Origin: an uncultured delta proteobacterium | GTDB taxonomy: Bacteria; Desulfobacterota; Desulfobaccia; Desulfobaccales; 0-14-0-80-60-11 | Assembly: GCA_963812015.1 (NCBI GenBank) | Contig: CAWETI010000002.1 | Location: forward strand, 864,001-928,000 | Length of the DNA stretch: 64,000 nucleotides | Direction of reading: 5' to 3' | In this document: positions 30,451-40,089 of the stretch, piece by piece | Position numbering within the stretch: the first letter of the stretch is position 1 | Layout of the letters: each line of letters begins with the position of its first letter | Translations under genes and position numbers: made by a program | Notes under the pieces: model-generated | The model's database searches: none | Told to the model about the DNA's origin: nothing | The model's input: the letters and a program-made list of their open reading frames with translations, nothing else

Positions 30451-30687
30451 AAAATCTGACTGCGACTACTTTGGTTTATGCCTCGGGACTCACGGCCCGT
30501 TACTTCGCCCACTTCAGTCCCCCAAGGCGCCGGGGGCCAAAAACAGGCGCATCTTTAACGTTCTCAATCATGAAGTTCGGCGAACCCGGCGGATTCGCTG
30601 ATATCAACCTATTCTTATCTAAAAAGACGGGTGGGGTCAACACCGGTGGCAACCGGGGCGCCGAGATTTTTCCGCCGGGACCGCTCC

Positions 30688-30717
30688 TTGACAGCCGGGG
30701 CCGCCCCCGTCTATGAT
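30688..30717 (+). promoter_or_regulatory. Sigma70-type promoter
   Basis: TTGACA-18 nt-TATGAT. Confidence 0.45.
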
Positions 30718-30807
30718 CAAGGCAACCCCGGCCAGGGGGACCCGACGGCGCGCCCGAGGCACTCAGATAGCCAGGCAGGCGGGTCGGGGCGCAAGGCCGG
30801 GGGCGCA

Positions 30808-31007
30808 CTAATGTTATGTCCCGGGAATATCTTAACAAAATATCGGCCCGCATAATTCCCCCTCCCCTGGTGGGAGGGGGTTGGGGGAGGGGGATAACAT
30901 AGCCCAATTCCAAGAAATTTCACCCCCACCCCAACCCTCCCCCATCAAGGGGGAGGGAGTAAAAGCCTAAAAAACTCAGGCAAGATAATCCTGGGACGGG
31001 ACAATAG
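30808..31007. repeat. MITE-like element with imperfect terminal inverted repeats and two internal palindromes
   Basis: GTCCCGGGAATATCTT (30818-30833) vs AAGATAATCCTGGGAC (30982-30997); internal CCCTCCCC..GGGAGGG hairpins. Confidence 0.65.
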
Positions 31008-31085
31008 ATTATGCCCCGCCGGACCCGGGCTGGCTCCCGCATCTCCATGGCCGCCAACCCGGCGGCAGTGAGAAAAACCTGCGGC

Positions 31086-31188
31086 TATAGCGAGTGCCAA
31101 AAGTTCTTTCCTTTTATCCCCTCTCCCCTTTAAGGGGAGAGGGTCAGGGTGAGGGGTATATAAGAAAAAACTTTTGGCAATGAGTATA
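31086..31188. repeat. MITE-like element carrying the IS110 target palindrome
   Basis: TATAGCGAGTGCCAAAAGTT ... AACTTTTGGCAATGAGTATA inverted ends; internal CCCTCTCCCCTT-T-AAGGGGAGAGGG-TCAGGGTGAGGG. Confidence 0.7.
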
Positions 31189-31239
31189 AGTCACCGCCCC
31201 TGACGGCGAGGCTCGGGGCAAAGGGGGCGCCACTCGGCC

Positions 31240-31857
31240 ATGTTTTACCGGTTATCGCCTGAACTGGTATTGCGGTCCCGCTGGCGGCCGTACCGGCCCC
31301 GCCGGGGGGAGCGGGTGCTGGTGCTGGCGGGGACCTCGGTCTTCCCGCCGGGCCACCCCACCACCCGCCTGTGCCTCGACCTCCTGGTGGAGACCCTGGC
31401 GGCGGGGCTGGGCGAGCGGCTCCTGGACGTGGGCTGCGGTTCGGGGGCGCTACTCCTCACCGGGGTCGCCGCCGGCGCCCGGTCCGGGGTGGGGGTGGAC
31501 CTCTCCGGGGCGGCGGTGGCCACCACCCGGGAAAACGCCCGGGCCAATGGCCTGGCGGAGTCGGTGCAGGTGATCCGGGGCTCCACCGAATGTCTCCTGG
31601 GACCCTTCGTGATGATGCTGGGAAATTTGCCCTGGGCGGTCCAGATGGACAAAGTGGGAGAATTCATCCGGCTGGCCGCGCCGGGCGCCCGGCTGATCCT
31701 GTCGGGCTTCAAGGACACCCAGGAGGAGGAACTTCGGGCGGGTTATCAGCGGGCTGGCTGGGTCTTGGAACATCGCCGCACCCGGGATGAATGGGTTATC
31801 GAACTGCCGCCCGAGAAAAGCTATACCTGGGTGGCCTGGCGGCTGCGGCGGCACTGA
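31240..31857 (+). CDS. PrmA-like class I SAM methyltransferase (catalytic domain only)
   Basis: F..GHPTTRLCL, LLDVGCGSG, LILSG motifs; lacks the PrmA N-terminal domain. Confidence 0.75.
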   Translation: MFYRLSPELVLRSRWRPYRPRRGERVLVLAGTSVFPPGHPTTRLCLDLLVETLAAGLGERLLDVGCGSGALLLTGVAAGARSGVGVDLSGAAVATTRENARANGLAESVQVIRGSTECLLGPFVMMLGNLPWAVQMDKVGEFIRLAAPGARLILSGFKDTQEEELRAGYQRAGWVLEHRRTRDEWVIELPPEKSYTWVAWRLRRH

Positions 31858-31866
31858 ATAAGGGGT

Positions 31867-31887
31867 GTAGGGCGGGCATTGCCCGCC
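31867..31887 (+). repeat. GTAG-type REP palindrome
   Basis: GTAG-GGCGGGCA-T-TGCCCGCC, with a compensatory change relative to 19460. Confidence 0.75.
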
Positions 31888-31974
31888 ATCCATAGTGTGC
31901 CGTGCTCACACGATGCCAGACACAGGCGAGATGCTTGCGGCGCCATCTGGTTTCAAACTTTGAGGAGGTAAATC

Positions 31975-33498
31975 GTGACGCCCGAAGCAACCTACCAGTG
32001 GCTGGTGGAACACAGCCGGGAGACCGCCTACTTGAAATCCATGGGCCAGGTGCTGGGTTGGGACCAGCGCACCCAGATTCCGCCCAAAGGCCATGAACAC
32101 CGCCACCAGCAGTTCGCCATGCTGGCCAAGTGGGTTCACGCCCGGGCCACCGATCCCCAGGTGGGGGAGGCCCTGGCCCGGGTGGAGGCCTCGAACCTGG
32201 TGGCAGACGCAGGCGCCATGGCCGCGGTCAACGTCCGGGAGTGGCGCCGGGATTATGACCGGGCCACCAAGATCCCCCAGGAGTTGGCCGTGGCCCTGGC
32301 CAAAGCCACCGCCGCAGGGGAAACGGCCTGGGAGCGGACCCGGCCGGACAACGACTGGGAGACCTTCAAGCCCTTCCTGGTCACGGTCGTCGCCCTGAAG
32401 CGGGAGGAGGCCCAGGCCCTGGGCTATGCCCGGGAACCCTATGACGCCCATCTGGATGATTATGAGCCGGGGGAGACCGCTGCGGGGCTGGCCCCCGTCC
32501 TGGCGCAGCTCCGGGAGGCCCTCATCCGAATCCTGGCGGCGGTTCAGGGCAGCGGGCGGCGGCCCCAGGGTGAGGTGGTGCGCCGGCATTTCCCGGTGGG
32601 CGACCAGGAGCGCTTCGCCCGGCTGGCGGCCCAAGCCATCGGCTACGATTTTGCCGGCGGCCGCCTGGACCCCACGGCCCACCCCTTCTCGGTGGATATC
32701 GGCCCGGGGGATGTCCGCATCACCACCCGCTTTGACGAGCACTCCTTCAGCCAGGCCTTTTTCGGCACCTTGCACGAAACCGGTCACGCCCTCTATGACC
32801 AGGGGCTGCCGGCGGAGCACTGGGGCACCCCCCGGGGGGACGCCGTCTCCCTGGGCATCCACGAATCCCAGTCCCGGCTGTGGGAAAACCTAGTGGGGCG
32901 TTCCCTGGGATTCTGGCGGTTTTTTTATCAGCGGGCTCAGGAAGTCTTTCCCGCACTCCACGGCATACCCCTGGAGGTCTTCCACTTTGCGGTCAACGAA
33001 GTCAAACCGTCCCTGATCCGCACCGAGGCCGACGAAGTGACCTACAACCTGCACATCCTCTTACGCTTCGAACTGGAGCGGGCCTTGATGAACGGCGACC
33101 TTGAGGTGGAGGACTTCCCGGGGGCCTTCAACGACAAGATGCGCGCCTTTCTGGGGTTGACGCCTCCCGGCCCCGGCCAGGGCGTCATGCAGGACATCCA
33201 CTGGTCAGCCGGGCTGTTCGGGTATTTCCCCACCTATACCCTGGGGAACCTGTACGCCGCCCAGTTCTATGCCCGGGCCGAGGCCGAGCTGGGCCCCTTG
33301 GAGGAGCGGTTTGCCAGGGGCGAGTTTGCCCCGCTGCTCACCTGGCTCCGGGAGAAAATTCACCGCCAGGGCAACCGCCTCTGGGCCCGGCCCCTGGCCA
33401 AAGAGGTCACGGGGGAAGACCTGGACCCCCGTTACCTGGTGCGCTACCTCCAGCGCAAATTCGGGGCGCTCTATGAGGTGCCGGGAGGTGACCTTTAG
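31975..33498 (+). CDS. Carboxypeptidase, peptidase M32 family
   Basis: [36 protein letters not shown]. Confidence 0.95.
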   Translation: MTPEATYQWLVEHSRETAYLKSMGQVLGWDQRTQIPPKGHEHRHQQFAMLAKWVHARATDPQVGEALARVEASNLVADAGAMAAVNVREWRRDYDRATKIPQELAVALAKATAAGETAWERTRPDNDWETFKPFLVTVVALKREEAQALGYAREPYDAHLDDYEPGETAAGLAPVLAQLREALIRILAAVQGSGRRPQGEVVRRHFPVGDQERFARLAAQAIGYDFAGGRLDPTAHPFSVDIGPGDVRITTRFDEHSFSQAFFGTLHETGHALYDQGLPAEHWGTPRGDAVSLGIHESQSRLWENLVGRSLGFWRFFYQRAQEVFPALHGIPLEVFHFAVNEVKPSLIRTEADEVTYNLHILLRFELERALMNGDLEVEDFPGAFNDKMRAFLGLTPPGPGQGVMQDIHWSAGLFGYFPTYTLGNLYAAQFYARAEAELGPLEERFARGEFAPLLTWLREKIHRQGNRLWARPLAKEVTGEDLDPRYLVRYLQRKFGALYEVPGGDL

Positions 33499-33630
33499 CG
33501 ATGCCCGCTGGCCGGGAGACCGGGATCCGGGCCATGGGCGCCTAACGGTTCGGCCCCTATCCCCGCCTCACCCGGGGGGTGGCGAGATAATCTCCTTGAC
33601 TCATCCGGGCGCAGTGGTTAGCCTGAACCC

Positions 33631-34851
33631 ATGCGCGGTTACTGGGTGGCGATTCCCACATATTGGACCTACCCCGGGGGTGAGGGGCCGGAAGCGATCG
33701 TCTTTGATCATCCCACGCCCCTGGACACGCCGGGGACCCTGCGGCGGACCCTGGAGAGCCTGGTCCCTTTGGCGGCCCAAGGGGTGGAGGTGGGGGTGGT
33801 GGCCGCGGCCACCGCGCCTGCTCTTGAGGCCGCGGTGGCCCGCCGGGTCCGGGAGGTGATCGAGTCCCCGCCGCTGCCGTATCCGGTGAGATTGTTTGCG
33901 GCCTCGCATCTCGGCCGGCTCCGGGATTTCTGCCGGACCCGGGAGCGGGCGGAGTGGCTGCCCCTGCTGTCTCTATCCGGCTATGCCCAGATCCGCAATA
34001 TTACCTTGATTCTCGCCACCATCTGCGGCGCGGGGGTGTTGCTCAGCCTGGACGACGATGAGGTGATCGCCGACCCGGATTTTTTGGCCAAGCTGGAAGA
34101 GGATGTGGCCCGGCTCGGTGAGGAGCACCCCGTCTTCGGGTTGGCCGGGATTTACCGGAACCAAGACGGCGGGGTGCTGCTCCCCGAACCCGCCGCCACC
34201 TGGGCCGTGGCCTGGCCCAAGATGCGCTGGCTGAACGCGGCGCTGACGGAACTGGCGCTGACCGGCCCCCGCCTGCAACCCACGCTCCTGGGGTTCGGCG
34301 GCAACCTGGCGGTGCCGGCGGCCCTGGGACGTTTGCTCCCCTTCGATCCCGTCATCACCCGGGGGGAAGACACGGACTACCTCTTGAACGCCCGCATGTT
34401 CCAGATTCCCTTTTTCCTGGACAACACCCTGGCCATCAACCACCTGCCGCCGGACAAGCCCCACCCCACCTGGCTGAGGCTCAGGCAGGACCTGGTGCGA
34501 TTTTGCTATACCCGGTTGAAATTACGGCAGCAGGAGCCGGGTCCCGGCCGGGCCCGGGTGACCCCCGGGGACCTCAAACCCTATCCCGGCAATTTTCTGG
34601 AAGACGACCTGCCCCACCGGGCCTTTCAGAGCCACACCCTCCTGGCCCTGGACTATCTGGCCCAGGGTGACGCCGAGGGCGCCCGGCAGACCCTGATGAA
34701 CCTGGTCCTGATGGACCGGCTGGAGCAGACCGGCGCCGGAGTCTACCGGGAATATCTGAAGACCGTCAGCCACTGGCAGGCCCTCCAATCCTGGCTGGCG
34801 CTGCCAGACATCGCGGCCCAGGCCCGCCAGGCCCTGTGGGGGACGGCTTGA
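33631..34851 (+). CDS. GT-A fold glycosyltransferase-like protein
   Basis: RN..L, LDDDE (DxD-like), GGNL and RGED motifs. Confidence 0.65.
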   Translation: MRGYWVAIPTYWTYPGGEGPEAIVFDHPTPLDTPGTLRRTLESLVPLAAQGVEVGVVAAATAPALEAAVARRVREVIESPPLPYPVRLFAASHLGRLRDFCRTRERAEWLPLLSLSGYAQIRNITLILATICGAGVLLSLDDDEVIADPDFLAKLEEDVARLGEEHPVFGLAGIYRNQDGGVLLPEPAATWAVAWPKMRWLNAALTELALTGPRLQPTLLGFGGNLAVPAALGRLLPFDPVITRGEDTDYLLNARMFQIPFFLDNTLAINHLPPDKPHPTWLRLRQDLVRFCYTRLKLRQQEPGPGRARVTPGDLKPYPGNFLEDDLPHRAFQSHTLLALDYLAQGDAEGARQTLMNLVLMDRLEQTGAGVYREYLKTVSHWQALQSWLALPDIAAQARQALWGTA

Positions 34852-35939
34852 GCGGCCCGCCGGAGGTGATCCGGCCCGAGGCTTGGGGGCGCGGGGCCCG
34901 GCTCCCCACCCTGGGGTTGATCCCCGCCGGCAGCTTTGACCCTGAGGCGGTAACCCGCCTGAAAGAAGCGGAGCGGGTGACGGTGCACCTGGTCTTCCCG
35001 GTGGGGAGCGCCCGGGAGGCCGGCAATCTGGGGGATCTCCTGGTGACGCTGCGGCCACTTTTTGCGCGCCTCATCGATCAGGTCTGGATCGCCTATGGGG
35101 GCGGGCGTCCCGAAGGTTTGCGGCGCCTGACAGATCTCTTTCCCCAGGTCAAGGTCTTTCCCGCGGCCAAGCGGCTCCCGCCGGACCAACAGGACGCCCC
35201 CCCGGGCAAGGGGGCGTCCATGCGGGCCTTTCTGTATCATTTGATGATGACCGAAAACGTCACCCATCCCCGGACGGTGGTGGCGTTTCTCGACGCGGAC
35301 ATCCGGCCCCCCTACTTTCATCCCCGGTGGGTAGTGGACCCGGTGGGGGCCATCCTCTGGTTTCGCACGGTGGAGGCGGCCAAGATTGTCTATCAGCGCC
35401 CCCACGGGGGCCGGTTGAACACCATGCTCCGGTCGCTTCTGGCCCTGTGCCCCCATGCCGGGGTCCAGACCCTCCAGAAGCTGGCCTACCTGTTGTCCGG
35501 GGAGATGGCCGGGACCCTGAAGTTCTGGAGCCGCCTGCCCTTCAAGACGGGCTACGGCGTGGAAACCCTGATCCTTTTGTCCTTTGCCCTGGATCAACTG
35601 GGTCTGGCGCCCGGCACCCCGGACCTGGAACACCTGGTCCAGGTCTACGTGGGCCAGATGGATCACCGCCACGCCCCCCTCACTTCCACCCCCCGTAAGC
35701 GGGGGCTGGACCAGATGGCCGGGACCGTGTTCCATACCCTGATGGAGTCCCTGATGGCGGCGGGTCTCTGGCGCTGGGCCTCGCCGCAGCTCACGCCGCC
35801 GCGGCTTTCCATCCCGGTGCCCGACGGGGCCGCCGGGGAGCCCCTGGATTGGATGGAGGTCCCCCTGGCCGACGTCACCCTGCCGCCTCTGGCGGCCTGT
35901 CCCGAGGTGCAGGCGCGCCTCACGCCGGGGGACCCCTGA
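34848..35939 (+). CDS. Glucosyl-3-phosphoglycerate synthase-like glycosyltransferase
   Basis: GKG..M, FLDADI, Y.RP.GGR, LSGEMAG, TGYGVE; TTGA overlap with the upstream gene. Confidence 0.75.
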   Translation: MSGPPEVIRPEAWGRGARLPTLGLIPAGSFDPEAVTRLKEAERVTVHLVFPVGSAREAGNLGDLLVTLRPLFARLIDQVWIAYGGGRPEGLRRLTDLFPQVKVFPAAKRLPPDQQDAPPGKGASMRAFLYHLMMTENVTHPRTVVAFLDADIRPPYFHPRWVVDPVGAILWFRTVEAAKIVYQRPHGGRLNTMLRSLLALCPHAGVQTLQKLAYLLSGEMAGTLKFWSRLPFKTGYGVETLILLSFALDQLGLAPGTPDLEHLVQVYVGQMDHRHAPLTSTPRKRGLDQMAGTVFHTLMESLMAAGLWRWASPQLTPPRLSIPVPDGAAGEPLDWMEVPLADVTLPPLAACPEVQARLTPGDP

Positions 35940-36961
35940 TGCGCCTAGCCCAGATCGCGCCTCCCTGGATTCCGGTGCCTCCCGTGACCTACGGCGGCAC
36001 GGAACTGATGGTGGCTGGCCTCATCCAGGGGCTCACGGCCCGGGGGGTGGAGGTCTGGCTGTTCAGCGCCGGGGATTCCCGCCTCAAAGTGCCCCAATAC
36101 GGGCATTTCCTCCACTCGTTCTGGCCGCCGGACAAGTTTTCCGAGAATCTCCACCTGTCCCACGCCTTCGCCCGGCTCCGGGAGCAGCCGCCTGTGGTAA
36201 TCCACTCGCACCTGGAGTCCGCCGCGGGTTTCTGGGCCCTGGCCCCGGCCGCGCCCCTGGTGATTACCATCCACACGCCCCTGTTCCCCATGAAACGGGA
36301 CTATCTCCTCAGTTTCCCCAAGGTGCATCTGGTGGCAGTGAGCGCCTTTCAGTCCCGGCAGTTGGAGGGGCATCCCCGTCTCCACCTGATCCCCCACGGC
36401 CTGGACCTGGCGGATTATCCCTTTCAGGCCGCCAAGGAAGATTTTCTGCTGTTCCTGGGCCGCATCTATCCTGACAAAGGTCTCCACACGGCCATTCGCC
36501 TGGCCCGGGAGGCCGGGGTGCGGCTGTTCATCGCCGGGCCGGTTTTCGAGCCGGACCGGCCGTATTTTGACGGCCAGATCCGGGACCGCATCGACGGCGA
36601 GCAGATCGTCTATTTAGGGCCGGCGGATCATCCCCGCAAGGTGGATCTGCTGAAGCGGGCGAAGGCATTGGTGCTGCCCCTGGAGGTGGACGAAACCTTT
36701 GGGCTGGCCATGCTGGAGGCCATGGCCTGCGGCACCCCGGTTTTGGCCTACGACCGGGGGGCGGTGCCCGAAGTAGTGGCCCACGGGGAAACCGGGTTTG
36801 CCGTAAGCACTTACGAGCAGTTGCGGGACAGTCTCGGGCGCCTGGCCGGTTTGGACCCCCACCGCTGCCGGGCGCACGTGGCGCTAAACTTTTCCCGGGA
36901 CCGCATGGTGGCGGCTTATCTGAAACTGTACGACGAGATGGGTCGGGAGGTAAAGAGATAG
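35939..36961 (+). CDS. Glycosyltransferase family 4
   Basis: PP..YGGTE, FLGRI..DKG, ETFGLAMLEAMACGTPV; TGATG overlap. Confidence 0.9.
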   Translation: MRLAQIAPPWIPVPPVTYGGTELMVAGLIQGLTARGVEVWLFSAGDSRLKVPQYGHFLHSFWPPDKFSENLHLSHAFARLREQPPVVIHSHLESAAGFWALAPAAPLVITIHTPLFPMKRDYLLSFPKVHLVAVSAFQSRQLEGHPRLHLIPHGLDLADYPFQAAKEDFLLFLGRIYPDKGLHTAIRLAREAGVRLFIAGPVFEPDRPYFDGQIRDRIDGEQIVYLGPADHPRKVDLLKRAKALVLPLEVDETFGLAMLEAMACGTPVLAYDRGAVPEVVAHGETGFAVSTYEQLRDSLGRLAGLDPHRCRAHVALNFSRDRMVAAYLKLYDEMGREVKR

Positions 36962-37072
36962 TAAGGGGAGCATGAAATTGATGGATATCGGGCGGTTCTC
37001 ACCCCACCCCTACGGTGAGGCAAGTCATTACTCGGAGCAGAAAATGGGTTCCACTAGTTTATAAGCTGATTG

Positions 37073-37166
37073 AAAATCCCCCTAAATCCCCCTTTTTCAA
37101 AGGGGGACTTTCTAAAAGATTCTGCGCGGTTCCCCCCTTTGGCAAAGGGGGGATAGGGGGGATTTT
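37073..37166. repeat. Intergenic double-hairpin repeat
   Basis: AAATCCCCCTAAATCCCCCTTTTTCAAAGGGGGA...TCCCCCCTTTGGCAAAGGGGGGATAGGGGGGATTT. Confidence 0.6.
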
Positions 37167-37296
37167 TATAAGGGTTCAGCTTAAAAAAGTAATCTCTTGA
37201 ATGCTCTGATTGATCAGTCTTTGGGTGAAGGCATAAGTAGCCGTAGCTTCCGGGCTTTACTTCTCGGGCGACCCGGTTTATTCTGCAAACGGGCCT

Positions 37297-38613
37297 ATGG
37301 TTATCTCGCGGCTGGTGCTGAAATTAGGGCTGGTAAGATTTGCCACCTCGCTTTTGGTGGTGTTGCTGGCCAACGTCCTGAACCGGGTGTTGATCGTGGA
37401 CCTCATGGTGCCCGCGGCCCTGGTCACCTTCAGTTTTGCCTTCCAGCACGTGATGACGCCTGTAGGGCTGGTCACCGGCTATTTTTCCGACACCCATGCC
37501 CTCAGGGGCCGTCACCGGGCCCCCTATATCTGGGGGGGCATGCTGCTCAGCGTGGCGGTCATGCCGTTCTTTCCGGATTGGGCCCTGGAGATGGGAGCCC
37601 AGCCCCACAGCCGTGCCCTTCTGTACCAGGGGGTGCTCCTGTTTTCCCTGTTCGGCATCGGCACCACCGTGTCCGCCACCGCCATCAACGCCCTCCTGGT
37701 GGACCGGGTCCCGGAGCCGGACCGGGGCGGCGCCCTGACCATGGTGTGGATTTTTACCCTGCTGGGGTTTATTGTGGGCTCCGCCCTCACCGAGGTGCTG
37801 TTCCCGGCTTTTGATCCCGCCAAGATCCAGGAGCTGTTTGGAGTGGTCACCCTGGTGGTGGTGGCGGTCACCCTCTGGGGCGCCTGGGGCATCGAACCGC
37901 CCTGCCAGGCCGCGCCCAATCACCAGCACGGCCAGATGCAGTTGTGGCCCACCTTAAAGTTTCTGGCCAGCAACCGCCAGGCCCTGGCTTTTTTTGCCTT
38001 TCTGGGGACCACGATTTTCTTTTTGGCTATTCAAACTTTCCTTTTGACCGCGTACGGCGGGGAAGTCTTGGCCCTGCCGGTGGCGGCCACCAGCCGTTTC
38101 GGGGTTTACACCACCTACGGCATCCTGGCGGGCATGGTGGGGGTGCATGTGCTGCTCAGCCTGCGGCACAATTGGGGAAACCGGGCCATCCTGGCGGTGA
38201 GCCTGGTGATGGGCGCCGCGGCCTTTGGCCTCTTGAGCCTGACCTCCTTTAGGCCTGACCCGACCTGGGGTATCTATGCCCTCTGCCTCCTGGGGCTGGC
38301 CCGGGGGTTTTACAACGTCGGGCTGTCCCACCTGACCATGAGCATGGCCCACCCCAGCTTCAGCGGGATCTTCATGGGGCTGTGGAATCTGGCCAGCGGC
38401 CTGGCCCTGGCCGCGGGGGAAATGGCCGGGGGATTTCTCAAAGACCGGCTGGTCTCCTTTTCAGGCAGTCAGGCCGGGGCGTATGGCTGGGTGTTTTTGC
38501 TGGAAGGGGTGGGGCTGCTGGCCTGCCTGCTGTTCCTGGTGCCTCTGAGCCTGAAGCAATACCGGCCCCAACTGGTGGTGCTGGTGGCCGAGGAGAAGCT
38601 GAAACCGTATTAA
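37297..38613 (+). CDS. PucC/BCD-family MFS transporter
   Basis: LNRVLIV.L.VPA, G..SD....RGR.R.PYI, YGG.V and G.FMGLW motifs; about 12 TM. Confidence 0.75.
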   Translation: MVISRLVLKLGLVRFATSLLVVLLANVLNRVLIVDLMVPAALVTFSFAFQHVMTPVGLVTGYFSDTHALRGRHRAPYIWGGMLLSVAVMPFFPDWALEMGAQPHSRALLYQGVLLFSLFGIGTTVSATAINALLVDRVPEPDRGGALTMVWIFTLLGFIVGSALTEVLFPAFDPAKIQELFGVVTLVVVAVTLWGAWGIEPPCQAAPNHQHGQMQLWPTLKFLASNRQALAFFAFLGTTIFFLAIQTFLLTAYGGEVLALPVAATSRFGVYTTYGILAGMVGVHVLLSLRHNWGNRAILAVSLVMGAAAFGLLSLTSFRPDPTWGIYALCLLGLARGFYNVGLSHLTMSMAHPSFSGIFMGLWNLASGLALAAGEMAGGFLKDRLVSFSGSQAGAYGWVFLLEGVGLLACLLFLVPLSLKQYRPQLVVLVAEEKLKPY

Positions 38614-38745
38614 GCTGGGGGAAGAGAGACTGGGGAGAGGTAACCAGGGGCTTTTTCATTTTTTCGTAAGGGCCCCCGCTCCTCACTAACTTTGCAGCAG
38701 TCTTACAAGAGGCAAAGCACAGTGGTCATGCCGGGGCGGAAGACT

Positions 38746-40089
38746 ATGACTGCCAGGGACCGGGTTAAGCGGTGGGTTTTCACCATCCTGTCCCTGCTCT
38801 TCCTGGGGTGCGGCCCGGCTCCGGAAATCCCGCCGCCCGGGACCATTACCTATACCTTTGATGCCCCCACCCGCCATTTGATCAGCCTGTTGGCCGAGAA
38901 GGCCAAGAGTTCGGTCTATAAGGACTTTGACCGAAACTTCAAGGGGCTCCTGGTGCCGGAAAGCCTGCTGCCGTATGAGCCCTTTGTGCTGGGGCTCTCC
39001 ACCGAAAGCAAGATACCTTCCGTGCTGCTCCTGGATGCTCCCTGGGTGCAGCGGTACGGGGTGGCCGGGTGGCTCTACGAACTGGAACGCACCCAGGTCT
39101 TTGACCGGTCGGAACTGGTGCCGGCGGTGGCAGAGGCCTTTTCCGTCAGTCTGACCCGGATCACCCACCGGCGGGACAAGGAGCTGGTGGCGGTGCCGAC
39201 TTACATCAAGGGCAATATCCTCTTCTGTCGCGGGGATATCCTGAAGCGGTATAAACTGGCCCCCCCCCGCACTTGGGACGAGTTAAGGACGATCTGCCGC
39301 AAGGTCCTGCCCCAGGAAAAGTCTCTGAAATACGGTCTGCTCATCCACTCCACCAATGCCGTCAATGATTTTTACCCGATTCTCTGGGGCTTCGGTGGTC
39401 AGGTCATCAATGACGCCGGCCAGTTTGTCCTGCCTCAGAAGCCTAACGCTGATGCCTTCGTGGCGGCCCTCAAAGAGTTGGTCAGCTTGCAGGGGAGCAT
39501 CATGCCGGGGCCGGCCGAACTGAAAAAATTCGAGCCCACGGAAAGCCTGCGGCAGGCCTTTTACCGAGGCCAGGCCCTGTTCATGATCAACTGGAACACC
39601 CGCATGAGAGACCTGCGTGATTTGATTGCCAAAGGCCAGGGCCAGCCCCCGGAGAGCCTCACCGACATGAGCCAGGTGTGGGTGTCCCCCATCCCGGCGC
39701 GAGCGGGCCATCCCCACCGCTATTCCACCATCGGCTCTTTTGGCTGGGCCGTCAACCGGTTTTCCGTGACCGACCCGGCGGTCATCGCCCATGCTAAGAG
39801 TTTCATTGAACTGGTGGCCGACGAACAGTTCCAGCTCCTGGCGGCGGAAACTTTGGGGCAGGTGCCGTCCCTGAAGCGGGCCCTGGAGAAGGTCACCAAT
39901 CCAGAAGTGGCGCAGGTGTACAAGTGGACCTTTGGCCAGAAGGACATGGTGATCCGGCCCCGGCCCCACAGCCGCCGGATCAACAGTGTGTTGGAAAAAT
40001 ATCTGCTGGAGGCCCTGTACGGCCGGCTGACCCCGGAGGCGGCCCTGGCCGGCGCCTTGGCGGACCTTAAAGATCAAACGACCGAATAG
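38746..40089 (+). CDS. Extracellular solute-binding lipoprotein (sugar-binding cluster-like)
   Basis: Lipobox LFLG-C, LD.PWV, AVP......LF.R.D.L......PP.TWDEL, F..G.A.F..NW, RP..; start codon uncertain. Confidence 0.8.
   Translation: MTARDRVKRWVFTILSLLFLGCGPAPEIPPPGTITYTFDAPTRHLISLLAEKAKSSVYKDFDRNFKGLLVPESLLPYEPFVLGLSTESKIPSVLLLDAPWVQRYGVAGWLYELERTQVFDRSELVPAVAEAFSVSLTRITHRRDKELVAVPTYIKGNILFCRGDILKRYKLAPPRTWDELRTICRKVLPQEKSLKYGLLIHSTNAVNDFYPILWGFGGQVINDAGQFVLPQKPNADAFVAALKELVSLQGSIMPGPAELKKFEPTESLRQAFYRGQALFMINWNTRMRDLRDLIAKGQGQPPESLTDMSQVWVSPIPARAGHPHRYSTIGSFGWAVNRFSVTDPAVIAHAKSFIELVADEQFQLLAAETLGQVPSLKRALEKVTNPEVAQVYKWTFGQKDMVIRPRPHSRRINSVLEKYLLEALYGRLTPEAALAGALADLKDQTTE

Noticed and set aside
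30451..30620. NiCo riboswitch or leader peptide upstream of greA-CDF
   Set aside because: No convincing match to the four-way-junction consensus; the 23-codon ORF has no support.
30694..30752. Guanidine-III riboswitch-like pseudoknot
   Set aside because: Lacks the conserved ACGA-type motifs, overlaps the predicted promoter, and no SMR gene follows.
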